Of a DNA stretch of 64,000 bases, positions 13,239 to 26,545 are shown piece after piece. Position numbers and translations under genes: made by a program. Location of the stretch: contig OY740814.1 in assembly GCA_963514005.1 (NCBI GenBank), forward strand, positions 11,904,001 through 11,968,000, read 5' to 3'. Under the pieces are notes generated by a model. It made no database searches, was not told where the DNA came from, and worked only from the letters and a program-made list of their open reading frames with translations. Origin of the DNA: Raja brachyura (taxonomy: Eukaryota). How positions within the stretch are numbered: position 1 is the first letter of the stretch; each line of letters starts with the position of its first letter.

Positions 13239-13455
13239 GGAAAGAGAGCTGAAGATGCAGAAGATGAGGGAAACTCAGAGGTATGTTGAGGAGTTCCAGA
13301 AGCAACGAGCTGAATGGAAACAAATGGAACGGGAAAAAATGGAAGCAGAGAACAGAAAGATTTTGGAGTTTGCCAATTCCCAAAAGAGCAGAGAGGATGA
13401 ACGGATGGCAAAAGTTCGAGAACAAGATGAGCATAAAGAAATGCTATACCAAAAG
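13239..13455 (+). CDS. MNS1: MNS1 coding exon 6
   Basis: gaatag|G GAA AGA...CAA AAG|gtagga; 217 nt; ...MEAENRKILEFAN... Confidence 0.95.
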
Positions 13456-13541
13456 GTAGGATAAATTTGTTTGCTTAGTCTGTCATGATTTACATATTAT
13501 ACATATTCATTTTATAAATTTCTAACATTTTTTTCCCACAG

Positions 13542-13649
13542 CTTGCTGCGGAAATTGAAAAACAACAGCACGAACGTGAAGATATGGAAAATGTCCGTCA
13601 AGAATTGTACCTTGAAAAAGTAGAAGAAGCTCATAGACAGCAACAAATT
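13542..13649 (+). CDS. MNS1: MNS1 coding exon 7
   Basis: cccacag|CTT GCT...CAA ATT|gttagt; 108 nt; LAAEIEKQQHEREDMENVRQELYLE. Confidence 0.93.
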
Positions 13650-13952
13650 GTTAGTATCAGAAAGACTTCTCACCAGTTTATTACCAAGAGTTGCATTGTT
13701 TGTGGCATTGTGTAGGTTGAAACGAGATTATTAAAATGTGCAAATATTGTATTTTTGCTGAAAGATGCCAATCAAATTGAGCCTGTTGTACTTATGTTTG
13801 TCCATCATGGTAAGAAACTGACCTGAGAAAGCAATTGGAAATTCTCAATGACATCATATCAAATACATCGTCACACTTCAATGTGCAGCAGAGGTAAAAT
13901 TATACCGGACGGTACTGCAATAAGTGTAACAAGTTTATATTTGTTTTTGCAG

Positions 13953-14210
13953 GCAGAGATGGAAAAGCAAATTCGTCAACGGCTTGAATTACAGAAGACA
14001 TACCAAGAGCAACTGGTTTTCAAACAGAAGCGCATACAGGCAGAGAAGGAGGAAGAAGATGAGCTACGGAGAAAGATGTTGGCCAAACTTGCCGAGGATG
14101 ATCGTATTGAGCAGATGAATGCACAGAAACGGCGTATGAAACAGCTTGAACATAAGAGGGCTGTGGAGGAAATCCTTGCAGATCGACGCAAACAATTTGA
14201 AATGGACAGA
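13953..14210 (+). CDS. MNS1: MNS1 coding exon 8
   Basis: ttgcag|GCA GAG ATG...GAC AGA|gtatgt; 258 nt; MLAKLAEDDRIEQMNAQKRRMKQLEHKRAVE. Confidence 0.96.
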
Positions 14211-14561
14211 GTATGTTGTGAACTTTACTTGAAATGCAATTATTATTTTGTTTCCCATTTTATACTACATAATAATTAATGCTCCACGTAAATTGATATT
14301 GAATAATTTTTTTGGGGGATTTGTTTTAGCAAGATTTGAATTTCCTGTACAGAAAATCTGGACTGCACCTCTGCTGTGTAAATGTACATGTATTCAAACC
14401 AGGGATGATATTTTTTAAATATAAATTTTATTTCAAAGGTGTGACATTTGTCCAAATTCAGTCAGAGTTTAGTGTTGCACACTGCACAACTTTCTAGTTG
14501 TAAGAAAGCAAGTATCTGTTTCTGAATAATGGCTTAATTCTGATTAATATCTTTTTAATAG

Positions 14562-14687
14562 AAACGTGAACTTGAAGCACGCCAGCAAGAAGAGAAGAAG
14601 GAGGCAGCTCTTCAGGCTGTAATTGAGGAAGAAAGGCAGAAACTTCTCAAACAGCATGCCAGTAAGCTGCTTGGTTACCTTCCAAAG
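14562..14687 (+). CDS. MNS1: MNS1 coding exon 9
   Basis: taatag|AAA CGT...CCA AAG|gtatgt; 126 nt; IEEERQKLLKQHASKLLGYLPK. Confidence 0.95.
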
Positions 14688-15944
14688 GTATGTCACATGA
14701 GAAATATTATCAATTTTGAAAATGAATTGCAGTATTTTGGGGATTTTGTTCTTTGGAAAATATAACTTATTAAGATATTAACAGATAGCAGCAGTGACAA
14801 TTGAAGTATCATTTGATACTGACACTCGCCCAGAGACTTGGAGTTCCACACTACATGCCAAGATAACGCAGAAACATTTAGAAGTTATGGGAAATCTCTG
14901 CTTTCCTGTCCGCTTACTACCTTGTTCAAACTTGTAGAGTAATTGATGTTGATAGAAGTATCTTCAATTATAAACCTATTGATTTTCCACACACTGGTAT
15001 AACAAAGAATTAGGCAGGCAATTTGTACCTGCAGCTTTCTGTTTCAATTGTATAATGTCAGTCTGTAAAGGAAAGGAATTATTTCCTAGTCTTTTACTAC
15101 ATTTTGATTTCAAACAAAACAAAAAAAATTTCACTAAAGACTGAAACAAAACATTGATGAAAACAAATGTATTTGCTGCTGCAACCTCAAATTCCAGATC
15201 AATATTGTTGAAGAAGCACGTCCACAGTTCCCATCACTTTGAGGCTGCAGAAAATGAATACAAGGTTTCAGAAGGACTACACTTACGGCTCTGAAGTTTT
15301 TAAGATGTAAAATATATCTTAAGTAAGCTATAAAGCTTATTTGAAGAGGAAGGGAATTTAAAAGGATGGGTCCAATATCAATAGAGAACAAAGTTGATTA
15401 TTATTGAATCAGGAGTCTGTACTTGCACCAAAGTTCTCTCCGAGGAGAACTTTGAAAATATCCAAGTATCTTAGACAGGTTGTGATACTCCGGACTATTA
15501 ATTTATGAATTATAAAAGTGGGAGGTTTATAGAATATTTATTTGGCAGGTGAACCAGGAATATGGAGAGGGGATATTTCCAAAATAATTTTGCAAAATTT
15601 GAAATGAAGAAATCAACCTTGTGATTAAGCAGCACATGACCTCGACCACTCTGTCCGAAAAACTGTGACCCCTTGTTCTGGACTTCCCCAACATCGGGAA
15701 CATATGGGATATATTAGAGAATTCTAGAAAGATAAACCATTTGGGAAAATGCTTTGTCAACATGTGAATTGGAATGAAGGATAGCTGTTACAAGTCTAGA
15801 TTAGTTAACAATACTGACATCAGTTGTGGGGTGATGAGGAAGGGGGGAGGAGTCATTAAAGGAGAATGGCAAAAAAGTGTCAACATCAAGCATATTGATA
15901 GTGTCTTTCAGACTGCGGGAGAGCATGCCTACAGATTGATGTGT

Positions 15945-16195
15945 TGGGTCTGTGTGCAGTTTGCATGTTCTCCTTGTGACCACGTGGGTTTCATTCAGGT
16001 GCTCCAGTTTCCTCCCACGTCCCAAAGACATGTGGGTTTGTAGGTTAATTGGCCTCTGTAACTTGCACTTTGTGTGCAGGGAGTGGAAGAGAAAGTGGGA
16101 TAACATAGAACTAGTGTGAATGGATGATTGATGGTCGGTGTGGACATGGTCAGTGGAAGAACCTGTTTCCATGCCGTATCTCTAAACTAAGCTAA
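15945..16195 (+). mobile_element. HE1/V-SINE-like SINE with CR1(HER1)-type tail
   Basis: V-SINE-type core GTTTGCATGTTCTCCTTGTGACCACGTGGGTTT followed by tail CCTGTTTCCATGCCGTATCTCTAAACTAA. Confidence 0.7.
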
Positions 16196-16259
16196 ATAAA
16201 ATGTGAGGTTTCTGGAAGCATCAAACAAGAGAGGTTGATAACATAACTACAATTTAAAT

Positions 16260-17025
16260 AGTAAGTTATTCAGCATTGAAACTGATCCTTCAGTCCAACT
16301 TGCCTGTGCCAACCAAGATGTTTACCTGAACTAGTCCCTTTTGCCCGCATTTGGCCCATAACCCCCTTAAACCTTTCATCTCCATGGACCCGTCCAAATG
16401 TTCTTTAAACTTCGGAATTGTGCCCACCTCTACCACTTCCTCTGGCAGCTCACTCCACGTACCCACCACATTTTTCCATGTGAAAACATGCCTCTCGGAT
16501 TCCCTCTAAATCTTTCCCCCGCAGCTTAAGTCTGTTGTATCTTATTGGGGCTTCCCTATCCTGGGAAAAAAAGACTGTGACCATCCAGTTTTATAAATCG
16601 CCCTCATAATTTTATAAAGCTCTGAAAGGTCAACCTCTTTCACTCCAGGGAAATGGTCCTAACCAATTCAGTCTATCCTCATTGCTCAAGCCTGCTACTT
16701 CTGACAACATCCTTGTTAATCTTTTCTGAACACACTCTAACCTAATCACATCTTTCCTATAGTACGGCAACAAGGACTGCATACAATGCCCCAGGTGCAG
16801 TCTCACCATGTTTTATATGGCTGTAACATTAAGTCCCAACTCCTGCACTCATCACCCTGTCCGATGAGGCAGACATGCCATATACTGCCATCACCACCCT
16901 GTCTTACCTGTGTCACCACTTTCAAGAAACTATGTACTTGTACCCCATGTCTCTCTGTTCTCCAACATACCCCCAGGGCTCTACCATTCACTGGATAGTC
17001 CCTGCCCTGGTTTAAACTTACAAAA
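16260..17025 (-). mobile_element. CR1-type LINE 3' fragment
   Basis: GVQVHSFLKV..QV remnants and CR1-type 3' end. Confidence 0.7.
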
Positions 17026-17049
17026 TACCAAGAAACCTATTGAGATGAA

Positions 17050-17540
17050 TGTTTAATTTATTATTGTCACATGTACCAAGCTACAGTGAAAAGTTCCAGT
17101 CAGCGAAAAAAAACTACACATGTTTACAATTAAATTGTCCACCTTGAACACATACAGGAGAAGAGGTATAACATTTAGTGCTAGATAAAGCCCAATAAAG
17201 TCCGATTAAAGATAGTTCTTGTCTGATGGGAAAAGAGTAAGTGACTGGGGTGAAACTGGTCTTGATTATGCTAGTGGCCTTGCTGAGGCAGCATGAAGTG
17301 TAGATGGAGTTCATGGAAGGGAGGTTGATTTGCGTGATGGTCTGGGCTACGTCCACATCTCTCTGCAATATCTTGCAGTCTTGGATGCCGCTGTTCTCTA
17401 ACCATGCTGCAATGCAACCCTATAAAATGCTTTCTACAGCACTCATGTCGAAGTTAGTGAAGATAGTTGGGGACATGCCAAACTTCCTAACCTTCCAAGG
17501 TAGTAGAGGCATTGGTGTGCCCTCTTGGCCACACTTGAAC
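17050..17540 (-). mobile_element. Rex/Babar-like LINE 3' fragment
   Basis: LQRDV..AQTIT..LPSMNSIYTSCCLSKATSIIK; GTGACAATAA end. Confidence 0.6.
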
Positions 17541-17623
17541 TGGGTTTATTGTATAAATATTATTAAGATGTTAGTGTTATTGTTGTGTTGGTTAAGCTAA
17601 TTATTTTTATGTGTCTTTGACAG

Positions 17624-17731
17624 GGGATATTTAAAGATGAACATGACCTTGATCTGTTTGATCATGCCTTCAAAGAGACTTTCAAGAAAGGAAATACCAA
17701 TATGTCTTCAGATGAAGGGTGGAATTGTTAG
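17624..17731 (+). CDS. MNS1: MNS1 last coding exon (stop TAG)
   Basis: tgacag|GGG ATA TTT AAA GAT...TGT TAG; GIFKDEHDLDLFDHAFKETFKK. Exons 2-10 join in frame; adding an ATG exon gives 500 aa. Confidence 0.93.
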   Translation, partial: GIFKDEHDLDLFDHAFKETFKKGNTNMSSDEGWNC

Positions 17732-17897
17732 ACCTGATCCCATTGTCGTATTGCATTTCGTACAACCATTTTGGCCTACGTAGCCATCTCAGACAGCTCA
17801 GTTGCACTTGGATATAAAATTATATTGATTCCTATTTAATCGCAGAGTTGAAATGTATTTGATATGAATATTGAAAGCATATATCATAAATATTATG

Positions 17898-17919
17898 AAT
17901 AAAGTTTAATTACAATAAA
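17898..17919 (+). terminator. MNS1 polyadenylation signals (two AATAAA)
   Basis: AATAAA at 17898-17903 and 17914-17919, ~170-190 nt after the stop. Confidence 0.6.
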
Positions 17920-18834
17920 AATGTTTTAAAAGAAGTGGAATATAGCATAATAAATATTTGTTTTGAATTTGAGGGGGATTAACTGGAATCCAAGGAAGTT
18001 TGTAACATTTTTCATTTGGACTAATTTACTACCATATTCATACAGGCAATATATTATCTGATAGAAACATAGAAAATAGGTACAGGAGTAGGCCATTCAG
18101 CCCTTCGAGCCTGCACCGCCATTCAATAGGATCATGGCTGATCATCCAACTCAGTATCCTGTACCTGCCTTCTCTCCATACCTCCCTTATGGTCAACTGA
18201 CAGCTTAACTGAAAGCATACAGTGGAGGAAAAATATGCACACATTCTGGACCAGTGGAGTATCAGTAACAGAAGTTCGCACTAGAGGTAGCTACGTCATT
18301 GATTTCTCTTTGAATGATCTAAATCCTCTCACATACTTTGGGTTTTGAGACCAGCATAACTGGTTCCATGTGTCTGCCTTGTCCAAAACTTGTTAAAATT
18401 ACACAAAGCAGTGCCTTGTATGTTCCCACAGTGCTACAATTGTTACAAGAATTGATTTAATCTGTGAGAGGAAATTTATTACATTCAGGTTGAGTCATGG
18501 CATATTGCAGCTGCTTGCATTGAAACATTGATATAAACTGCACAACGTAGGTGATCTACATTTACCTTAATTTATTGAATATACCATGCCAGACCAACAG
18601 TACAAGTGAAGAGAGAGTTTCAGCTGATCTTTCCAAACAATGGGGAGGGAGAAAAGGGTGGGAGGTGCTGCTGCCTCAATTCCTGGAACCCAGATTTGTG
18701 CATGATCCCAGCCGCTGTGTGGAACATGCATGTTCTCCCTGTGATCATGTGGGTTTTCTTGAGTGCTGCGGTTTCGTCCCAGAGTTAAGAAATGTACTGG
18801 TAAGTGTGCTGCTGTTAATTGGCCCATAGCATAA

Positions 18835-19108
18835 ATTTTAGACTTTGCCGATACAGTGTGGAAACAAGCCACTGAGTCAGCGCCAACCAGTGAACACTAG
18901 CACTATCTTAAACATTAGGGACAATTTACAGAAGCCAATTAACCTATAAACTTGTACATCTTTGGAGTATGGGAGGAAATTGGAGCATCCAGAGAAAAAC
19001 CACGCGGTCACAGGGAGAACGTACAAACTCCATACAGACAGCACCCGTAATTAGGATCGAACCTGGCTCTCTGGCACTGTAAGCCAGCAACTCTACCGCT
19101 GTCCCACG
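18835..19108 (-). mobile_element. HE1/V-SINE-like SINE
   Basis: Minus strand has a tRNA-like head (GGTTCGATCC B box) followed by GGAGTTTGTACGTTCTCCCTGTGACC. Confidence 0.72.
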
Positions 19109-19544
19109 CTAAGGTAGCTGGAAGGAGTGGGCTGAGAATGGATGAGTGTATGTGAGAGAGGGAAAATGTATGCAGCAATTTATAAAGAAAAGCACATTCA
19201 GGACATTTCTTTTTTGAAATATGCACGCTGAGAACAACATGTCTGCTGATGGATATGCCAAGCTGTGACCAATTTGAACTGACCATAAAAGAAAATCCTT
19301 TTGGATTATATTGCAAGAACCAGAACTTATGTCAATACAGGAATTTGTTAACCGCAACAAAATCAATCTCATAACTGTGTAAGTGATGCTTACCTGTGAT
19401 GTGCTACAGAATCGAATAATCGGTTTACAGTGATCAAGAAATGGCCATACTGATTTCTACATCTTTGGCATTTGGAGAAAAATGGAATAGATGTTTCCTC
19501 TGATTACTAGGTTAATTAAGTGTCCAACCCATTATTAACAGTTG

Positions 19545-19825
19545 TTTAGTGTATTTAGTAGTAAAAAGGCTCACTGGTCACTGCCACCGCAACCCACAAA
19601 TGCCAGCAAACAAGGGTGTGCTGTGGGAACCCACCCATGGAAGACGTGACCTGGGACGGACAATCAAGATGATGCTTAAGACGTTAATGGGAGACTCATG
19701 TGTAGAGACAAAAGAGAAGCTTGCCAACTGCATGGAGGACAGAGATGTGTGGTGCGTCCATCACCGTTCCCGACGGAAACCAGCACCACTGTGTCGCTAA
19801 TGTTTTCAACGATTATGATGATGGT
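19545..19825 (+). mobile_element. RTE-type LINE 3' fragment
   Basis: ORF RLTGHCHR..VLWEPTHGRRDLGR..MEDRDVW is typical of RTE C-termini; short (GAT)n tail. Confidence 0.65.
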
Positions 19826-20235
19826 AAGTTGTAACAAAAAAGATGACTAGGAATACAGTGCTGGATTGAAGTGCTTGATCCCCAGTTTAATTTTCTATTG
19901 TCCTTATTGATAGATGACATTTGAATACTTTAAACCCGAAACAATTTAAGCCACTTGACTTAGTCATGGAAAAGTATGAACACTGGTGACTTCAAAGGAA
20001 AATAAATGGAAATGTAGGAAATAAAATTAGCCAACAGGTCTTCTGCTGTCAATCTGTGTCACTTCAAGCAATCAGATATTAGAGGCCAATTATGAAAACC
20101 CATGTACAATTTCAAGATTTGGGATTTAATAAAGAAGAATGCAGACAATCATCAGGTTTGCAGCAAGTAACCATCCGATAATTAATTGACAAGTGCGATA
20201 AAGAGAAAAATGAAATGAAAAATGTAGAAAATATC

Positions 20236-20241
20236 TTTATT
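20236..20241 (-). terminator. Candidate TEX9 polyadenylation signal
   Basis: AATAAA on the minus strand, ~110 nt after the TEX9 stop. Confidence 0.5.
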
Positions 20242-20351
20242 TCATTCAAATAATTGTATAATACTAAAACATGAATAGATTTTGCAAACTTGAAATTGCA
20301 TTCAAATGTATGGTTTACAATATTAAGTTATTACTCTGCCTTTTCTTCCAA

Positions 20352-20453
<102 letters not shown>

Positions 20454-20552
20454 TTAGTGCTATGATACCATTTCATCACCAGATTATTTTAATACTCTTA
20501 ATTTCCAAAAATGGCAAGGTTACCAATTACCGCTTCTCTCATTTTCACATCA

Positions 20553-20714
<162 letters not shown>

Positions 20715-21429
20715 TTACATTGCTTTTATTTTAGTTTTGTCCAGTAATTATTTGAAATAATGGAGAGGGGTTGAGCACTTTCAGCAGTCTGAATGCAGTG
20801 GACAATACAAATAAATACCATGTTTCTAGAGGACTCTGAGAGCTGGTATTGAGTAGCTTCTTTGGATGAATTACCACTATACCATTCAATTGGTAAAATA
20901 AGTAATGAGCTGCTTTAGTGTCAGATTATCAGATGACTTACAACAAAAAATGGCAGCTAAGGAAATAAAGAAAATATACAGAAAAGAATCAGCACAAATG
21001 CAAGGTTACCAAGAATGATGGAAATAGAAAGGTAGATGTCATGCATGGAAATAGAAGCTACGATGTCAGTGATCTTAAAGCATTTTTGTTCTCATGTCAG
21101 TCTCATCTCGACCCACAGGACTGGAGTGCAAACAAGTAATCCTCAACACTGAGAAACCACCTTAGATGCTTAAAAGTCAATCAAAACCACAGAAATGGGT
21201 CCTTTGGCCCAGCTCGTCCATACCAATCAAGATGCCCACCTATGCAAGTCCCATTTGCCCACCTTTGGCCCATATCCCTCTAAACCTTGACGACCCTTTT
21301 ACCTGTTTAAATGTTCCTTAAATTCCGGGTCTTTGGGTAGAAAAGGATTCAAGGCTTGAGTGACTCTTCTCTCAACGGCGCCCTCAAGAGTGGCTGAATG
21401 TGGAATTGATAATTTCCCCAATATCTTTA

Positions 21430-21570
<141 letters not shown>

Positions 21571-22067
21571 CTAGTATGATAATTACATGATGAAGAAGTC
21601 ACTGAATGTTCACTTATACAACATCGAAATATTAAAAGATACATTATTTATAATATTTCACTTTCATATAAAAACCTATCAAACTCTGCATGTATATAAA
21701 ACATTTCTTAAAAAAGTCACTGAGCCAATTTGCTGGCTCTTTTTTATGGAGACATTATCTGATGGAAGAAAGTAAGAAATATTGATTTTAGGCTATAGGC
21801 CCATCAATATATGGATTTAACAATGCTAATTACATTATTAAATGACCCAAAACCACAACCAACAATTTGGTATGGGATAAATCTTGACATGATTTTTTGA
21901 TATTAAACACTTTCATTTGGCCAGGTTCATGAATAGGCATGAAACAAATGTTGGCAAATATCTGTGCTTGGTACACAATATCTATTGCACCACAGCTGTT
22001 ACAAAATAATTAAAAAATATATAATATAGCTCTTAGCTCCATTTTACACAAGGCAGGATACAAATCA

Positions 22068-22225
22068 GTCTGAATATGGGTCTGAAGATGATCAGTCTGA
22101 AGAAGGGTCTCGACCCGAAATGTCACCCATACCTTCTCTCCAGAAATGCTGCCTGTCCACCTGAGTTACTCCAGCATTTTGTGTCTATCTTCGATTTAAA
22201 CCAGCATCTGCAGTTCTTTCCTACA
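22068..22225 (+). mobile_element. Short Penelope-derived hammerhead-core insertion, 14-bp TSD
   Basis: CAGGATACAAATCA at 22054-22067 and 22226-22239; core CTGAAGAAGGGTCTCGACCCGAAATGTC. Confidence 0.85.
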
Positions 22226-22897
22226 CAGGATACAAATCACTACTTGCGCATTACAATGTGGGTGTTGCTTGTCAACGATGCACCATCCTGCAGCGGAAGG
22301 GGTCTACCTCAATTTACCTTGATCTAATACACTTCTGACCATGTGCATACAATGGTGTCTTGTGCTTCTTGTGCATAGTGGTGGAAAGATTGGTGGAAAC
22401 AGGGCCGCGACGTGAACGCTCTTTCCTTAACCTCAATTATCAACCGTGGTGTAACGATTGCCACAGGATTCATGCAGGTCCTTGCTGATAAATATGCCTG
22501 TGCCCAACAGACATGTGCAGCATACATATGACAAAAGCCATGTTGCCAAAGCAAATCTAACATAACAGACTGTCAGCACACAGAAATACGGGGGAAACAT
22601 TTGTGTAATTTGTGCAAAACAGTATTGAATGTTTGAATAACCTCCGAGAATGTCAGATTAATTTTTTGCATGGTATTGTATTGTATATATTTATTACTTG
22701 AATAAAGTCTATTTTGATTTGTTTTTAAATGTTTCCACTGCCTACACTACTCTGCAGGATCTCTGTAGTACTCATTACAACAGCTTTCAGATCTATTGTA
22801 TTCTCCCACATATTTCACAACTAGGTTAGTATGACATGATAGCCTTTATCACCAGCAAGGATTGAGAGCAAGTCCGAAGTGATATTTAACAGCCTAG

Positions 22898-23128
22898 ATA
22901 GACACAAAGTGCTGAAGTGACTCAGCAGGTCAGGCAGGATCTCTGGAGAAAAAAGATGAGTGATGTTTCCTATCTGAGTTACTCTAGAGTCTGAAGAATC
23001 GCAACAGTTTGAAGAAGGGTTCCAAGCCGAAACGTCATCTGTCTTTTTTCTCCAGAGTTGCTGCTTGACCCACTGACTTTGTGTCTATTTTTGGTATAAA
23101 CCAGCATCTGTGGTTCTTTGTTTCTACC
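22898..23128. mobile_element. Palindromic (inverted pLTR) Penelope-derived insertion
   Basis: Inverted arms; TSD TTAAC(A/T)GCCTAG at 22886-22897 and 23129-23140. Confidence 0.75.
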
Positions 23129-24359
23129 TTAACTGCCTAGGTTGTCCATGAACAACTCTTCTCTGAGTGATAACAATTTCTGGACTACCACTTACAGATC
23201 TTTCAACAGTTGCCACCCCAATTATCAATGCATCTACATAGACATCATCATAATAATCATATTTTATTAGCCAAGTACGGTTTGCAACATACAAGGAATT
23301 TTCATAATGGAATGAATACTTCCTCCTGTCTTACTTTTGGCAAAGTAAATTTATAAATGAAATCATGTCAAATAATGGTCAAGTAATCACACTTGTATAT
23401 TCCCACTGGGTCCTCTTTGGTTCTGTATGCCCTACTCTTCTTCATAGTGCAATCTCACTGACCCACTGATCTTATCCAGACTGGTCTTTATGTCACACAA
23501 GTTCCACACCAACATGATTCAGTCTTCATACCCTTTCATGTAGAAACAAACAACTGCAGATGCTAGCTTATATCAAAGAGACACAAAGTGCTGGAGTAAC
23601 TCAGTGGGTCAGGCAGCATCTCTGGAGAAAAAGGATGGGTGGTGTTTCCCGCTGAGTTACTCCAGCACTTGGTTTCTATCTTCACAGCCTTTAAACTGGT
23701 CCTGCAATCTTCTCAGCGTCAAACCACATTTCAAGAAGGCAGCCTAAAAAATGCCAACTCTGTCAGGGACATGCATAGTTTTTAATTTAGCAAAATACAT
23801 GATTAAAATAATTCCGTAGAAATAAACTACTACGCATTATGCTCAATGTAATAATAATACATGCATAACCCATTTTGTATAACTTTGGCAGGATACAGAA
23901 AACCTTAAAATAGAGTACATTTTCCATTCCTAACCATAAGATGGCAGTAACAAGTAATATTCCCAATTTGGCATTATATTTCACTGCCTTGGAATAGTTC
24001 AGTAACTATATCCAATCTTTCACATAAATTCCAAAATGGTTTTAGAATATTAACACTTCAGTTTTGATTGAGAAAAATAATATTGGCCTGCAGTGTATCT
24101 AAATAACTAATCCTTAATGAGAGCACAAAAGGCTGCAGAGCTGAAGTTTCCAGTTTGATTCCTGGTCCATACTCACTTAGATGTTGCCAGCTGTAGACAT
24201 AGATGGGAAGCATGATTGATCACAGTGCCCAAGGAAATAGACACATTTCACTGGGCTTCTTACTCCTGACAACCAGTGCCTTTATTGAAAGCTGTATACT
24301 GGATAAGGACAAAAAAGGACCAAACAGCCCTGCACTCCATGGACAAATAAAAGCGACAG

Positions 24360-24547
24360 ACACAAAATGCTGGAGCAACTCAGCGGGATTGGCAGCATCT
24401 CTGGAGAGAAGTAATGGGTGACATTTTGGGTCGAGATTCTTCTTCAGACTCTTCTCTCAGAGATGCTGACTGTCCTGCTGAGTTACTCCAGTATTTTGTG
24501 TCTATCTTTGGTTTAAACCAGCATCAGCAGTTCCTTCCTACACACGT
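24360..24547. mobile_element. Palindromic Penelope-derived insertion, 16-bp TSD
   Basis: CAAATAAAAG(C/T)GACAG at 24344-24359 and 24548-24563; inverted arms around a decayed hammerhead core. Confidence 0.8.
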
Positions 24548-26018
24548 CAAATAAAAGTGACAGTGCTTCCTTCTATGATCAAACATATCCTTTATACATG
24601 AAGAGCAATCAGAAGTCCGCCATTACCAATGTATCAAGAGCGCCATTAGATCAGGAGAGAAAACATGGAAAACATCCATGAGTACATGCAATGTTTCTAT
24701 AGTCCACATACACATAACACTAAAACGTAAAACCTATAAAGAACAACACTGCATTATAAAAACTTGTAATTAAACAATACTGTCTAGGAGCAAGAGTATG
24801 CCGGACAGTTTCTCCAGCCAATTGCACCAGTCAGTAAGGTCATGTGGCACCACTACTAGGATCCAAAATGCTGAATTCCAGCTTATGCCCTGCAATCTTA
24901 CAGCCCTTCACATCAAGAATCCCTCTACCTCTAATTTAAAATGTTCAAAGACTATCATCGTAGGAAGAGAATTTCAATGATTTTGCAACCTTGTGGGAGA
25001 AAAATTGCTACCCGTTCCTTATCTTAAGTCTCCAGTTTTATCACAGAAAATTGCTCACCAAAGATGCAACATAAAAGAAAAAATACTAGATAAGCTCTGC
25101 CGGTCAGGCAGCATCTGTGGAAAGACAGAGAGTCAATGTTTTGCAGACACAAACGTTACCTTTTCTTCCTGCAGTTGTTGCCTAGCCTGCTGAATTTCTC
25201 TCGTATTTTCAGTTTGTATTTCAGATTTCCAATATCTGCAACTCCTTTTTTAATCTCCAGTTTACTTTCATTGTGCAAACACAAACAGGTGCATATTTCT
25301 ATTTCAATTGAATTTTCACAAACACGAAAGTCTCCTAGTTTTAAATAAATAGAGACAACACTGGAAGCACTCAGCAAGTCAGGCAAAATCTGTGGAAAGA
25401 ACAGCTAACATTTCAGATCCTTCATCGGAGCAGAGAAAGAGAAAAAAAAATCCAGGATGTTCTGGAACCTGCGATTTAAAAAATTGGACCCATTCTATTC
25501 AAATAAATAGCAGTAAATTAAGAGTAGTCTGCAAATCTCAGGAAAATAATGGGGTGGAAGATTGCAACCTTCACGTGGTCCGCCCTGTTTCCACTAATGC
25601 AATCAATTCGACGTGCACAAACGGAAGATCAAATAGGACAAGTTGTCCAACAACTTTAGGCTGTGCACGCCACATAAAAGAAGAAGAAGAAGGAAAATAA
25701 TAATAAAGTTTTCGCAAATGAACCGATAACTTGGAAGGTCCGAAAGGATAGTAATCTGAAATGTGGAATTTAAATGCCAATTTAATTTGCCAAATTGACT
25801 GTACTTTTACTAAATGTTATGTGGCCTTACACACTTGTGCATGGAATCACTTTGATTTTCTCTCCAGGGCCAATATGAGCAAATCATTAGGGCCTATGAA
25901 GCAGATCAATTGCTGCCTTATGTAGCTATCAGGGGCGGCAAAGCCTATCCACAATGTTTGTAGAAATGCAACAATTTAAATGGATCAGTTTACTCAAATG
26001 TTATAGTATGAAATATAC

Positions 26019-26192
26019 CTTTTGCAAAGCGAGCACTTGTTGCTGTAAACCATCACTTTTCTTTTGTACCTCATCAGCCAGGCTTTTATATTTCTCAATT
26101 TGAGACTGCTGGATGTTCGTTGCCTTTTGTAATCGGTTGCGTTCTTCCTCTACCTCCTTTACATGGCTACTCAAGGTATTATTTTCATCATC
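26019..26192 (-). CDS. TEX9: TEX9 coding exon 9
   Basis: aatag|GAT GAT GAA...CAA AAG|gtatat; 174 nt; EEERNRLQKATNIQQSQIEKYK. Confidence 0.94.
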
Positions 26193-26422
26193 CTATTAAG
26201 CAACGGTAAAAACTGTGAAACATAATCAAAAAGATAACTTTATCCAAAATCTGTCAACTGAAATGGTCAAACCCACAATCACCATCAAGTTCATTAAATA
26301 AAAATGGAAGAAACTAGAAATACTCAGCAGGTCAAGCAGTTTACATGGAGAAAGGAGCTGAGTTAACATTTCAGATTAATTTTCTCTCGTCACAATTAAG
26401 ATCAGATATATCACATCATATT

Positions 26423-26545
26423 CTGCAGAAGGGTCTCGACCCGAAACGTCACCCATTCCTTCTCTCCAGAGATGCTGCCTGATCTGCTGAATTACTCCAG
26501 CATTTTGTGTCTTCGATTTAAACCAGCATCTGCAGTTCTTTCCTG
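26423..26545 (+). mobile_element. 123-nt Penelope-derived hammerhead-core insertion, 11-bp TSD
   Basis: CACATCATATT at 26412-26422 and 26546-26556; the insert begins CTGCAGAAGGGTCTCGACCCGAAACGTC. Confidence 0.85.

Noticed and set aside
15429-15454. 10-bp inverted repeat CAAAGTTCTC..GAGAACTTTG
   Set aside because: Isolated and short, with no TSD or second copy; compatible with chance.
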